Shown one piece after another: positions 38,886 to 52,600 of a DNA stretch of 64,000 nt. Below the pieces are notes generated by a model, which was not told the origin of the DNA, made no database searches, and saw only the letters and a program-made list of their open reading frames with translations. Source of the DNA: Ramazzottius varieornatus (taxonomy: Eukaryota > Animalia > Tardigrada); assembly GCA_001949185.1 (NCBI GenBank), contig BDGG01000015.1:811036-875035 (forward strand), given 5' to 3'. A program made the position numbers and the translations under genes. Every line of letters begins with the position of its first letter. Positions within the stretch are counted from its first letter, which is position 1.

Positions 38886-39881
38886 TAGACCTGGGGGAAC
38901 GTACTTGCGTTGGGTTGTTTTGCTGTTGGGACCAGGAAGTACCCTGGTAGCACTCGAAGTACTGTGAACGACATCCCCCCTCTTTTTAATGATTTAGTGC
39001 TTCGCTTCTTTGTTCATGTACCGTTTGTTCTTTTCCTGAAAAGCTTCAAAACTGTACGTTGATGGTAGTTGTAGTTGTTGTGGATTGTTATCGGTTATTT
39101 TTGGGGCACTTGAGGACCCACGTTCTGTGATAACCTGTTTCTACAATTTGGACAGTCGATGTACCTTTCCCCAGTACAAGCTTGCTTTGTTCATACTCTC
39201 ATGTCGTTGTCACTTTTGTTCCGTCCTTTTTCCCAGTCTACAAGTTGTAGGCAATTTCGGAATTAAACAAACAAGTCTTGATATACTTTGCTCGTTCTCG
39301 ACCAGTTATCCTGATATATCGCGTACGGCAAGTTCCCACCGGCTTGCAGACCGGTGTTCTCGGATTAGCACAGTTCAAAAATATCGTAGTTGTTCCAATT
39401 CGTCAAGCAGACCGCGGTCCTCCTGGACTTCTCCACTTCCTGCAGGCTCCTTGAGCAAGCCGGCTACTGCTAATTCGCATTACAGTATCGTATCGATTTG
39501 CCGTTGTACACTACCTTTTGATCAAACGAGTATCCCGTACCACCTGACTTTGCCGGGTACTTTGTCCCGAGTCAGCCACGTGATTGACGTATTGTTTCTT
39601 CTGATTGCTGTGGTGTAGCTTCAGGCGTTGATTGGTGGCTCATTGATTGCCCAAGGCTGCTTCTTGCCTGCAGCCAACAAGGAGAAAAATCAGGTTCGCA
39701 ACTTCGCGGGCCATTTACTTGCTTTCGTAGTCTCCTCAGGTGATAAACCGCAACAGTGAACCAGAGTACGACCTCGCGAGGGATGCCTAGCGGAAAACTA
39801 CGTCTTTGACTTTCCCGGTGGAAGGAGGACGATTCTGGAAGAAGACGCGCAGCGCAGCATCTGGCCTTCTTCGCTGCGACA

Positions 39882-41113
39882 ATGATTGGAATCAAAGGTA
39901 AGCTTGTCTGTCTCTTTATACTGTGGCAGGTGACGAGTTATCAGAGAAAAGAGGTCTTATCTTATCGTCCGTGAACCTTGATTAGAGACAAATACTGCGA
40001 CATGGCCAAAAGTAGCCAGCAAGGCTGGACTTTGGAGGGTTTGTTGTGCTTCACTGACGATGGACGATAAGCCTTTTAGAACAAACGAAATGTCAAAACG
40101 TTCTCCCCTATAACAGTCTTCAACGTCATCCCGCAACAACATGTCTCGCAACACTTGTTCTTTTACAGCGTAAGTCCGGACTGGAATGGATCTTCTTGAT
40201 GTCTCACATGTCCCCCGCATCACGGCTGAGGAACAAGAAGAGTAATAATCATCCCTTTGTTGTTTCTTTCAGGCTCGTCTGCTTGGCTTTCTTCGGTGCA
40301 ATTGGCATGACATTTCTCTTTCTGGCCTGTGCATTACCGGTGTATCAGTAAGTGTGAAATGGAAAGAAACACCAAATGGTGTGGGAGGATCAACCAAGAC
40401 GTCTTGGTTTATCGGTTAATGACGGTCATCCATTCGGCCTTTGTTCGACGTTGTCGTTCGAAACAATCGCTCTTGTTTTCTAACTCGGCTTTTCTGGTTT
40501 TAGGAACAACTGGAATCCTTTCATTGTTATCGTTTTCTACATTCTAGCACCGATACCTTTAGCGCTGTCCAAGCGAGCTATCTCCAATGGAGCTTCGAAC
40601 ACTGCACTGGATGTTGGAATATTTCTTATGGCGTGCCTGATGGTGTCTGCCTTTGGCTTGCCAATCGTATTGGCCCATTCTGGAGTGGTAGGTCTATTTT
40701 CTCACTTCCTGATCTTCCTCTCCAGCCCTTCACTCTCTCACAAGAGTCTTCTTGTGCGGTGCAAAAAAAACGATGGTTCTGAGCACTGGAACCGAGGCAA
40801 CAACCTCGACAAGATCGCTCTGTTTAAGTGGCGCACATATCCAGCAACAACACTGGTAACGTGCGCCACTTGGGTAAACAATCGTGTCGAGTTTCCAAGT
40901 GGCACACGTTTTCAGCCAACAGCACTGAGAACGTGCGCCGCTTTTACAAACAGACCTATGGGGTTGGTTTGTCGAGCTGACCATTGTCTCATTTTGCAGA
41001 TCATGTGGGGAGCCGCGGGACTGGTCCTAGCAGGCAACGTGGTCATCTTCATGACCATGTGGGCATACTTCGTCATGTTTGCCAACGAAGATGTGGACTA
41101 CAGCATGTGGTAG
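39882..41113 (+). CDS. LEPROTL1: Leptin receptor overlapping transcript-like / Vps55 (endospanin)
   Basis: Four exons read MIGIKG | LVCLAFFGAIGMTFLFLACALP | ...SAFGLPIVLAH | IMWGAAGLVLAGNVVIF. Confidence 0.92.
40826..40943. repeat. Fixed-spacer palindrome, 2 units (LEPROT intron)
   Basis: Units at 40826 (N24) and 40897 (N25). Confidence 0.92.
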
Positions 41114-41581
41114 AGTCCGACCAGAAGATGTCCCTCGTTCTGAAGACTTGACAAACCAAATCCATGTGAGTCCCCAGTCACATACAAGGCTGCTTTTCAC
41201 CTTTTGTTTCCTTTCTAACTTTGTTTCAAAAATACTGTAATTTTGACCTCTTTACTTTCTTGGATATATCCCACTTGGCCAGCAATGCATGGTTCGTCGA
41301 CAAACAATCCCTTCACTCATATCGAATAGCAATTTGATGTTGGCTCAATCTTTTTTGTGACGATTTGTCTTCGTGGAGGCAAGTCGTCAAGTCTTGTCGG
41401 TTGGTTCTTCAGCGCTTGTTGTCTGGTTTGTCATGATCTCATTGTGCATAAGCACTTCATACCTGTGCAAGATTAGTCGGTGAATTGCCTAGTCGACCGT
41501 CCTTAGACTTCGTACCATATACCGAGATCTGGAACCAACTACCAGCGAGTATTGGGCATAGGTATAGTCAAGTTCTTTTCC

Positions 41582-41628
41582 AATTGGCGCACACTGTCAG
41601 CCAATACCATCGTAGGCTTGCGCCACCG
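41582..41628. repeat. Fixed-spacer palindrome, 1 unit (apparently intergenic)
   Basis: AATTGGCGCAC-N25-TTGCGCCACCG. Confidence 0.85.
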
Positions 41629-42581
41629 GGGAAAACAGTCTTATTGAGTCCGTGCCGAGGTCCTATTTTTTATGAATGGTGTGTATTGGTGCTGGAGGAG
41701 GATTAAAAAAGCACATACGTAATTTGAAATTAATGGAGTGTGTATCAAAACTAATTTCAAGCGGATTATGTCGGAAGGGACTTGCAACAGACAGCGGGAA
41801 AAGCGCTTGGGGTGGTGTCTCCTTAAATTTGGGCTTCCTTTCAAAGGCGATCGACGCAGCTTTTGTGGTCTGTGGAGAGGCCCACTGTGAGGGTTTTGTG
41901 CATACTGGCATCCTCATGTTTGTAAAGTAGCAAGTCAATCAGGATTGCGGTAGGGAGGGGGTAATCGATTGTGTCAGAGCGTCTTTAATTTGTTGGTTGT
42001 GGCAAACATTGGCTGGGTTTGTACGAAGTGTGCCGCCAGAGAAAGGAAGAGGGGGAAGTGATTAGCAGTCAGGGAATGGCACAAGGGCCACAAAGTGATG
42101 AGTGACCATTCCCCTTCATGGCGGATGCTACCAGACTGTAAAGTCAGGCTGGGAATTGATGGTGAGAGTGACGGAAGCTAGTACTGTGGAGAAGGAAGGA
42201 GGAGAAATCTAGGGCAAGTAGCGAGATGTCAGTCTGCAACGGAAGGCAGGAAGACACTTTCGGGCCGGTGGAAAAGTCCACCGTTTCCCACCACTGAACC
42301 CCACTTTGACAGCCTGGCTTTCCATCCTATCTTGCTCGGTCCCTGACTTACGGTAGTACTCTTTGTAATCGCCTTCTCTCCAGGCCCTCCTTTCGCTATC
42401 GATATGCAAGACTCATTAAGACACACATTGCTTCCTCCTTGCCTCAAAGACTTTTCTCATAGTTTCCTCTTTCTTTGTCCTGGCGGATATTTCTGCATTT
42501 TTAGAAACTGCGACTGGGTCGAGCTTGACTGTGCGCCAGTTAAACTGGGTGGAGGTATTTTGCGGAAGTTTGGCCGTGAGA

Positions 42582-43186
42582 ATGGTACAGTTGTTTTACT
42601 ATGAGAATTTGGGCAAGAGTTGCCGGAAGATTTTAAAGTATCAAGGACAACCGAGTAAGATTCATCTGTTCGGGGCGGATGAGGGTTATTTGCCGAATGG
42701 GTTGAAGAAGTATTGGATATTGAAGACGACCTGGTGGAGGCGCAGTTGGTGTCAAGTGGTGGAGGTGGTGGCGGGTCAAGTGCGGCGGAAAACCAAGGCC
42801 CACTTGGCCAACTATCCCCGGCTGGGCCTGATGTACATCGAAGGCAGCTTCGACGGTGACAAACAGACACCGGACTTTTGTTTGCGGCTGACGTCGGATG
42901 TGTCGAGGGAAGACTTTCGGGCGGGCTACTCCATGTGCGGTATGAGCTACAAACGCTTAATGACGTGCCGGTTGTTTATTGATCTGTAAGCCTTTGTCAA
43001 GCCTGTGGTTGTAATCATGTGGTTTTTTGCTGTTTGTATCAAATTGCCATTTACCGGTGTTGACGGTGCTGACGGTGTTGAGTGTGTTGAGCCTTCTTTG
43101 TAGGCATCCTGGAAGAAGGAGACTTTCGTCAGGCCCAGTCATCTGTCACGCACTTTGCCATGATCAAGCGACACGACCTGCTGTAG
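42582..43186 (+). CDS. Small uncharacterised protein, 146 aa, two exons
   Basis: Exons 42582-42939 and 43104-43186 join in phase 1 across a GT-AG intron; GC-rich third codon positions. Confidence 0.6.
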
Positions 43187-43605
43187 CTAATGACTGTAGA
43201 TATCTTCTTGCCTATTTCGTACTAGTCTTCCCAAAAGAAATGATTCCCTCTCCTTTCGCTACGTTGTTTGTACATACATGCAGCGAAGGTTGGAGAAAGT
43301 TTTATTGTAGTTGCGCGCTGTACTGTAGGCGGTGCTACTGTATAATCTGTTTATTGGCCAAGGGGACAAAATGAAAAGTGCTCTGTGGCCACATGGCAAG
43401 TTCTTGGTCGCTGCTGGCTGCAGCTGGGAAGAAGGGCCTGCTGCATAGCGACAGCTCGTCCAGGCCAACAAAAAGCTGGAGACGGGGACTTTCCTTCTAT
43501 CTGCGTCAATAAAAACTAAAGGCTTGCTTGTGGAATGTAAGCTGAAGTTGTGTGGCAGTGAGTGTTGGTATTGGGTCGAGTCTTGATCGCATAAGCTATC
43601 GAGCC

Positions 43606-46600
43606 ATGATCAAGGCCAAGAATATGTTGTCCAAGATCTCGGCCGACAAGAAGAAGGAGGAGGAGAAGGAGAAGAATGATTTTATGGCAGAGTCGCGTAA
43701 AGCCAAGGAGAAGTTGATGTCGGCCAATCGCGAGCACATGGAGTGGGGCTGGTCGGCCTACGAGAGGCGGCAACAACTGGCTCGTCGCTTTGTCCTCTGG
43801 GACGGCTTTGTCGCCCTGCTGGCCACCGTCCAGTTCAGCCTAACCAGCTTTTACGCTTCATTCGACCCCAACAATGAAGGGCTGCTGTGGGCCAGCACCC
43901 TCCTCGATTACCTCTTCGTCGCCGACATTTGTCTCAACATTTGTAAGCTGTACATGTTTGATAAGCACAATGTCGATCTGAAGATTGGCAATAGTCGGCT
44001 GGATGATTATCTCCATGGCTGGTTCATTGCCGATATCTTGTCTATTTTACCGACGGACTCCATTTCCATCATGACCTATAATCCCGATAATTTGTATGAC
44101 TTTGATTTGCCGCTACTGGCCCTCTTTAGAGCCAACCGCCTTCTCGTCGGCTACAAAATCTTCTTGGTAAGCGTACGTCAGTGGCCTTCCCTATATTCCA
44201 CACTGCTCATTCACATCCCAAAGCAAATTCCAAGCAGTTCAGACTGACTCAACCTTGTGGCGGTTCGACAGTTTACTACATCTGATGGTCTTGTCCGCTT
44301 GTAACCTTGAGCAAACTTTTGTCCGCAAGACTGCTTTTTGCGAGAGCCAAAACTTTTATCGTAGACATATTTGTACACTTATTTTTGACGACCATGCAAG
44401 AAAACATGTATGGACATGTGGCAGAAACTTAATTGAAAGATGACAGACTGATATCATGTCAGAATGAGAAAATGCTGGCATGGTTAAAGCAGGCTGGAAG
44501 GAGGTTTGCTTTGGAATGTGATCGATGTCCGTAGTCAATGTCAGATTGTTGTCTGTGTGTTGGTGGTATAATTGGTTGCCATTCGCAGAGAGTGATAAGT
44601 GGTGTGCTGGCTGCAGTTTCTGGACAAAATGGAGGCGGAAGTGGGTTCGGCCTTTGTGGCTATCCGCGCAGTGTACTACACGGTCATGACCTGGGTCTTG
44701 CTGCACGCCACGGCATGCATCTGGTACCAGATCCCCTGCTGGCACGATGACATGTGGGAACGCAACGAGGCGCAGTACTGCACGGCCCCTTCCTGGATCC
44801 TCAGTGGGGCCGACCCCGTCAACTCCAGCTCCTTCTACGGCTCCCGGGCCCCCATACCCAACAAGAACATCTACGCCGGCGTATGGGACCATGGCTGGGG
44901 AAGTAGGGACTACCTCCTCAACGCTACTCTGGTCGACCATGTCCGTATCAACGCCACCGTCGGCCAAAAGTACTTTTACTCCCTGTACTGGGCCGTTACC
45001 ACCATGACCAGTGTCGGGTAGGTACCTTGCCACAATGCCCGCCTTTGCGAAGGCTTTCAGCAAACCAACTCGACAAGATCATCATTCTTTCAACTGGCGC
45101 TGCCTTTCAGCCACTGATACTGTAACTGTGCGTCACTTGGGATAACACTCACACTTGACGTGATGCTTTTTCCAAATGGCGAATGCTCTCATTCTTCGTG
45201 GCTGACAGCGTGCGCCACTTGGGAAAAAAGCTGCATGAGTTCTTCTACGTATGTTTTCCATACGCTACACTGGGCACAGTTTTCGAGCAAGAATGAGACT
45301 GAACCTACCGTAGAAAACTGAGCAGAATGTCAAGGTATTCGAAGAGCTCATCGACGTTGGCGTACACTGTGGATATTATAATAATGATCATAAACTTAAT
45401 GGACTTACACTGAAGAGCAGCGATTTGTTTAGTCTGGGGGAAGTTCATGCGATCACGCCAGGGGAAATGCTCTTCGCTCTGATCGCCCAACTGACGGGCA
45501 TGATCGTTCTCTTCGGCATCATCCAGGGCAGTATCACCTCCATCCTGACCAACTTTGACTCGATTCGCTTCCAGTACAAGCACCGCATCTCCTCCATCAT
45601 CCACTATCTGCGCGACCAGAACCAGTCGACCGAGCTAGTCCGCGACGTGACGGACTTTTACAACTACCTGTGGAAGCGCAGCCAGGGTATGAGCAGTGCC
45701 GGTCTCTTCGACGAGCTGCCTTTCGCCCTTCGATCGGAGATTGCCATGGAACTGAATGGGCAGATCATTGATCGCTCACCGCTCTTCCAAGACCTCAGCT
45801 CTAGCTTCTTGAGAATGTTGTGTTTGAAGTTTAGACCGTTGTTGGTGCTGCCGGGCCAGATTATTATGAAGAAGGGCGAACTGAGCGACTTGATGATTTA
45901 CATTCAGAATGGCGAGCTGGAAGTGCTCAGTGATGAAGAGAACGAGGTGCCCGTCTTGCTGCTGAAATCAGGCAAGTTGTTCGGCGAGATCAACTTGATC
46001 ACCAGAATGCCCAGAAAGTATTCAATCAGGGCCATTGCGCATTGTGACTTGGTCGTCTTAAGGACCAAAGACTTGATGGACTGCTTGCAGTCTTACCCGG
46101 AAATCGCCGACGAGCTTCGCGTAAGTAAGAAGGATAAGCCCCGCATCAATTCGCGCACCCCTCGAAATTCGGCCCAAAACCCGTTGAAAGCTCCCACCGG
46201 CTTTAGCCGAATGTCTTCTCCTGTGAAGTACTGTAGAGTAATAATGCTTGGAAAAAGAATATTTAGTAATGAAATAATATTTTAGAGTGATTTCTTCTAT
46301 ATTGCCTGACATTGAAGCGAAAGAAGTTTGTTGGTTGGGGGAAAATATACATAATATTGCTACTGTACTAACGGTAAATTTCGAATGATTTCAGCAAAGG
46401 GCGGAAGAAAGAACCGGTGTGGTGCATCAGAAGGTGGTCGAGGGTCTACTGGCCCACACAGAAACCCACGAAGCAGCACGTCAGAAGAAACAACAGAAAG
46501 AACTGGGGGAAAGGATCGAAGAACTCAAGACGGAAATGGGCGTAAACCTGCGTCCCTTGATGACAGCCCTCAATGTCGATCGACCACAGGAAACGCTGAA

Positions 46601-49600
46601 GCTGTCCGATTCCATGGAGCTCTTCAAGATTCGCGACCCCATGGACGAGCTGGTCGAGTACAACATGGGTTCCTGGAAGGAAAAGTGCGCCTCACGCTAT
46701 CGTCGCTTCCGTCAGAGATTCTGGTACGACTTTAGCGTCGATCCGGAAGGACTCTTTTACTACTTTTGGGAACGCTGGTTGATAACCATGGTCCTGCTGA
46801 CATTCTTCCTCAATACTTACATTGGCTTCTTCCAGAGCTACGACCAGCTGCTGGGTACGACCACGCCCAATCAGTTTCTGTCATTATATTCGAATCTTAT
46901 ATGTGTCAGCTCTGCATACATACTCGACCAGACCATTGTCTCAAGTGGCGCACGCACCCGGCCGAAACTACCGGAAACGTGGGCCGCTTGGCCAAGCAAT
47001 CTGACCGAGTTCCTTTACCGAGCCTCCATTTTATCTAATTTGAGATTTGGTACCTAGGTTTCTATCATATCTTTTTGTCTATATTTGATCTACAAAGTAG
47101 GTCTGCTTTGTCCTAGCTTATGAAATTGAACCTGATGTGTTATTTTTCTCAGGAATTTCGGTGGATGGTACAGGGGACGTTAACGCCGCCGCCGCGACGC
47201 AGACGACCGGTATCCTGATCATCGTCTTCGACTACGTCCTGGATGTCTTCTTCATCATCGACTACGGCCTGAAGTTTGTCAAGCAGATTGTGACAGCCAA
47301 CGGTAAGATCACCGACCACAAGACGATGGCGCTGCGCTACATCAAGTCCTGGGGCTGCTACACCGACCTGCTGGCCGTCTTCCCCATCGAAATCTTCGCC
47401 GTCAAGCTGACCTACTCGGACAACGCCCAGCTGGAAAATATGCTCAAGATGTTGGGCTACCTCAAAGTCAACCGAGCCTTACGAGTCCTGACCCTGCCGC
47501 AGTTTTTTGACTACTTGAGCGCCGACCTCAACAACTCCATCCCTAGCGTCAGAGTAGCCAAGTTCGTGGTGTATATTGGCATGTTCACGCAGATCTGCGC
47601 CGTCTTCCTCTTCTTGACGGGCTGTGACCCCTCTGATTGCTTTTACGACCCCATGTTGTCCTGGACCGCCGCCGATCCACCGGGTATCCAGCCTGTATCC
47701 ACTACCAGCCACTCAAGTGACATCAAGTCCAGTAAGAGTTATAGGTACACCTCCTCGCTGTACTGGGCGGTCACCATGATGACCACCGTCGGATATGGCG
47801 ATATCTATCCTCATAATATGCTCGAACAGTTCGTCGCCAACATCGTAAGTCCAACATGCAAAACTCATCCGCATAACATGTAGAAAAATGTAGAAAAACG
47901 GACTGACTGGTACTGTCCATGACCAGTTCCTGCTTGAAAAGTTCCGAATTAAGAATGAATATACATCTTGATTGGAAGATGAAGGCGAGTGAGCACTCTA
48001 ATTGTTTGAGCGTGGCTTTTTGTACCGGTGGATTCATGATTCCTTTTGTGGTTGGAAGGTGATGATCATCGGGACGTTAATGTACGGTTATTGCTTAGCG
48101 GTACTGACCGCCACCATCGCCAACCTGGACGCACCTCGTGTGGAGTTCCAGGGGCGACTCTTCGCACTGATCAGCTACATGGAGTACAACAGGCTGGCTC
48201 GGGCTGTCCAAGACCGAGCCATTGACTCGGTGGCGCTGCTGTGGTCTGTCAGCCAGGGCGAAGAAATACCCGGAGTCAAAAGCATGACGGCCGACATGCC
48301 GGACCATCTAATGGAAGACATCCAGGTACGTAACCACAATGGCCCACTTACTCTTACACTATTTTGCACTTTCGAAAGTTAACAATTCGAACGAAACTAA
48401 CTCCCACAGCCTTCAGCCATTGCGGCGCAATGCTACCCCTTTCATCAATGCGACGAGACATTGATGAAAGGGGTAGCCATATGTTCGGTTCACCTTCGGG
48501 TAAATCTTTTCGCACTTTTTACCGGCAAATTCCTCTTTGTGGGAAAAGGTCGGAGATGAATGGGACTTTTTGGAGTGGCGCAAGCTCTTAGCCAATTATA
48601 GTGAGATCGTGCGCCACTTGAGAATTCAGTCTGGTCAAGTTTCGGGATGGTTTTCCCAAGTGGCGCACCCTCTTGGTTGGTTTTAACGATAACGTACGCC
48701 ACTGGAGGTAGCAATCTGGGTGAACCACTTAATGACGTCTTAAAGTGGCCAGTTTTATTTAAGTCCAGTACGGTAGAAGGGTTTTTGTAGGTGGACGACT
48801 TGATGCATTTGATAGCCGGCGTGCCCATCTTCAAGAACATCGAAGAGCAGATCCTGAAGTACCTGGCACCGGCCATCCGGCGCTACCTCTTTCCACCGGG
48901 CGAGTTCATCATCCAGACGGGCGACCTGATCAGCGAGCTCTTTGTTATACGACGCGGCTTCTGCAGCATGTTCCACCCCGAAGACTCGACGATGTGCATC
49001 GCCATCCTCCACCCAGGCATGTACTTTGGCGAGATTGGCTTCTTGTTCAACAAGAACGAGATTGCCAGCATCAAGACCATCACCCACTGCGAGGTCTTGA
49101 CGCTTCCCCGTTCGGCCTTTGACGAAGTGGCCGTCAACGTCGAGTGGCTGCAGCACCAAGTCTTGCGGATTTCCCAAGAGAAGAAGTATTACGAAGACCT
49201 GGTCAGCGCTGCCAAGAACGCTAAAGCCTATGTCCGCAAGAGACGCCAGCTGTCGCCCATCAGGATGGCCGAAACCGAGCGGAAAAAGATGGGCTTCAAA
49301 GAGGACTTGAATTCTATCCACATTTCTCGCCTGGGACTCTACTTGTACAGGTCAGCTTGACCTCTCTCTTGCACATAGCCATTCGGTAACCAATGCCCAC
49401 ATTTTGATTACCTCTGCAGGTTTCTGAAGAAGGACACCATTGCCATGGACAGTCGTTTCCTGCACTTTTGGGAATATTTCCGCTTAGCCTCTGTAGTTGT
49501 CCAGTTCGTCCTCATCATGGTCCAATGCGCTTTCCAGATCGATTCCATCTCCTACTTCGTTATACTCTACCTATTCGACCTGCAAGCTATGGCCGATATT

Positions 49601-52600
49601 TACCTAAAGTTTCACGTTCAGTACACCAACGGTAGAAATGCCTCTTTTTCCACCATTGTCACGTTTTGGAATATATTGCAGTTTGTGCCGTCTTATGCCG
49701 TAGATATGCATATCGTGGTGACGCACCCCTTTATGACAGCTCGCCGTTACATTCGTTCCAACTTTTGGATGGACCTTTTCGCCGTCTTCCCCTTTGAAAT
49801 GTTGATGTGTATGGTGGGTGGTAGCGCTTCGGAAGTGGACGGGCCGGGCCGTTCGGAGATCTTCCACTGGATCATGTACGTCCGCATCAACCGCCTGCTG
49901 CAAATCTACCGTGTCCCGCTGGCCTTCCAGTACATGGAGAAGGACATCAAAGTCGACCCGACCTCCGTCTTCTACTACAAGTACGGCACCTACTGGGTCA
50001 TCTACATCATCTTCATCACCTGCATACCGCTGGTCATCCAGTGCCCACCCCTCTTTTGCGCCACCACCAAACAGGGCTGCTGTAAGTTGACACAAGGCAA
50101 CCTCCCCTGCCCTCAATAATGTGTCTGCTGGGCTCTCAGAAGCTCGGCCATCTACGAGCAGACCATGGCTCCGCACTGGTTCGTACCAGGCAGCTGGCCA
50201 TCAACTTGGGTGAACCTATCCGTCACCGCTCGCACTTCGCCTCCGTACAGATAGGCTATTTGTAGATGAAAGTGGCTCGGTACTCTGAGTTACAATTTTC
50301 AAAACTTTCAAAATATTTTTCGAGGCGGTGACTGTAGGTAAGGAAATTCATCTGCAAGGCGGTTTAAAATCAATCAAATTAATATTTTTCGAAGGCGGTG
50401 GCTTTAGAGTTTTAGGCGGTGAAGGCGGTGGCAATAGCTATTCAGGCGGTTTGGGCGGTGACTATAGTCCTTATTTTACTAATTACGTGAATCAATCACG
50501 TACACGTATAGTCGCACGATGTGTAATTATGGGACAGGCGGAAAGCACGGCAAAAAGGAAATTCGACCGTAGAAGATTGTTGTGTGTGTGTGTGTGTGTG
50601 TGTGAAAAGCCCTGTCCCATAATTATCCATCGTGTGTGTACAGGAAGAGAAGAATTTTGACTGCTTGCCCGAACAAAACATGCTTTTATTGCAGATTTCA
50701 AGCCGCTGGACACCAACAGATCGGACCTGCAGTTAGCCATGGACATGGACTACGGTTCGGATTCTTGGGAAGACCCTCAGCACAAGACTGCCTCCGCCGA
50801 CCCATTCTACGCTTCCGCCTTCCTCTCCTACATCTCTCACCAAACCGACACCTTGCTGAAACGCAGCAAGCGCTCATCTTCCAGCACCATCTTTGTCCAG
50901 ACTGACGACGATGGCTACGTCAACCTGGACGTGTCGGAGCAGTGCTTCTCCCTGTCCTTCCTGGTCTTCAACAACGTGGCCAACCAGCCTACCCTCAACA
51001 AGTTTGTGGCTAGCTTCTACTGGGCCGTCACCACCACCACCACCACCGGCTTTGGCGACTTTTTCGCCTTCACACAGATCGAACAGATCATCTTCATCTT
51101 CACCATGATCAGCGGCACCATGTTTTATGGATACATCATTGCTTGTGTGGCTGCCGCCCAAGCTAACAGCGATGCTCGACGCTCCCGGTTCTTTGAACGT
51201 CTCTTGGCTGTCAAAAACTACCTGGCCCACGAACATTTACCTCTCATCTTACGAAAAAGAGTCGTCAGGTAATTCAAGCCATTTAAAGCTGACAACCAGC
51301 AATTCACAGGTTGACATCTCACGTACTTGCATACAGGGACTCATCTATACGTGCCTGGTCAATGTATGCAGGTAGGCGAGAGGCCAGCCGCTTAAGCTGT
51401 TTGGTGCACTTCACTGGAATGTTGTTTTCTTCTTAGGTATTATGAATACTTGTGGTTGCGAACTCAAGGTATAGATCCGCAGACACTGATCGTGGGCCTG
51501 CCCCCTTCGCTGACCGGCGAACTGGCCCTGCAATTGTACAAGAAAGTCATCGACCAGATTGCCATTTTCAAAAACACACCGATGGGTTTCAAGAAAATGC
51601 TAGCCACCATCATCAAACCACTGTACATCTTACAAGGAGAATACGTGACGCGAATAGGCGACACCGGTACCGACCTCTTCTTCCTGTACCGGGGCAGCGT
51701 CGAAGTGCAGTACCGCAGCGGTGAATTCGGCTTCGAGATCCGCTCGGGAAGGATATTAGGCGAAGTGGCTTTCTTGACAGAACAGAAGGCCCAGACCAGT
51801 TTCCGAGCCAAGGAGAACTGCGACCTGTACTGTCTAACCAAGAAAGAGTTCGACCTGGTCCTGGATCACTTCCCGGAAGTGCGGGAGAAGCTGATGGAGG
51901 AAGCTATCGAGAGTATGGAGAGAGAAGCCGACTACCAGAGACTCTTTGAGGAACGACCCAGGCCTGAAACCAGCAAGGCCAAAGAGTCCATGCCGACGCT
52001 CTTGTTTAAGCCGGAGGAAGGAGTGCCCTTGAGAGTCAAGTGGAACTCGGCCAGGAAGCATATCTTCAGGTCCGATGTTCTCTTTATCCGCTATTTCAAC
52101 AAGTTCACCGTGACGGCGTTGAGGCTGGTGTCGGTCATGCTCATCCTCTACCAGCCCACCTTCTATCGCTTCTTGCCCGTCTTCTACCCGCTGCACTACA
52201 TTCTCGAGTTTATCTTCATTTTCGATTTGATCATCCGCCTGCGCGTCGGCTTCCTCGACAAATTTGGTCAGTCGCATAGGAAATTCTCTTGGGCTTCGCA
52301 ACACAAGAAAATGGCCAACAAAATATATTAAGACCGAATGTTACCGGTACCGACAGCTCTTGAAGCACTCTGGCTAAATACTGGTCCACAGTGTGCGCAC
52401 GGGGAAAAATATGTGCTGGCAACCTCTTTTTCGGCGATTTTCCATCGCCCTCTGCGGAAGTAAATTGGAAAGCACCAGTGATAAGTAATTCAGTATCAGG
52501 TGGAGGCGAAATTGATTTTTTCTACGATATTTTCAGGTAACGAGGTTCTCAACCCGGTTTTAATCCGGCAACTGTACTTCAAAAGCCGCACAGGTCTCAT

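Noticed and set aside
44356-52304. Long minus-strand ORFs opposite CNGK exons
   Set aside because: Antisense shadows of coding exons with GC-rich third positions.
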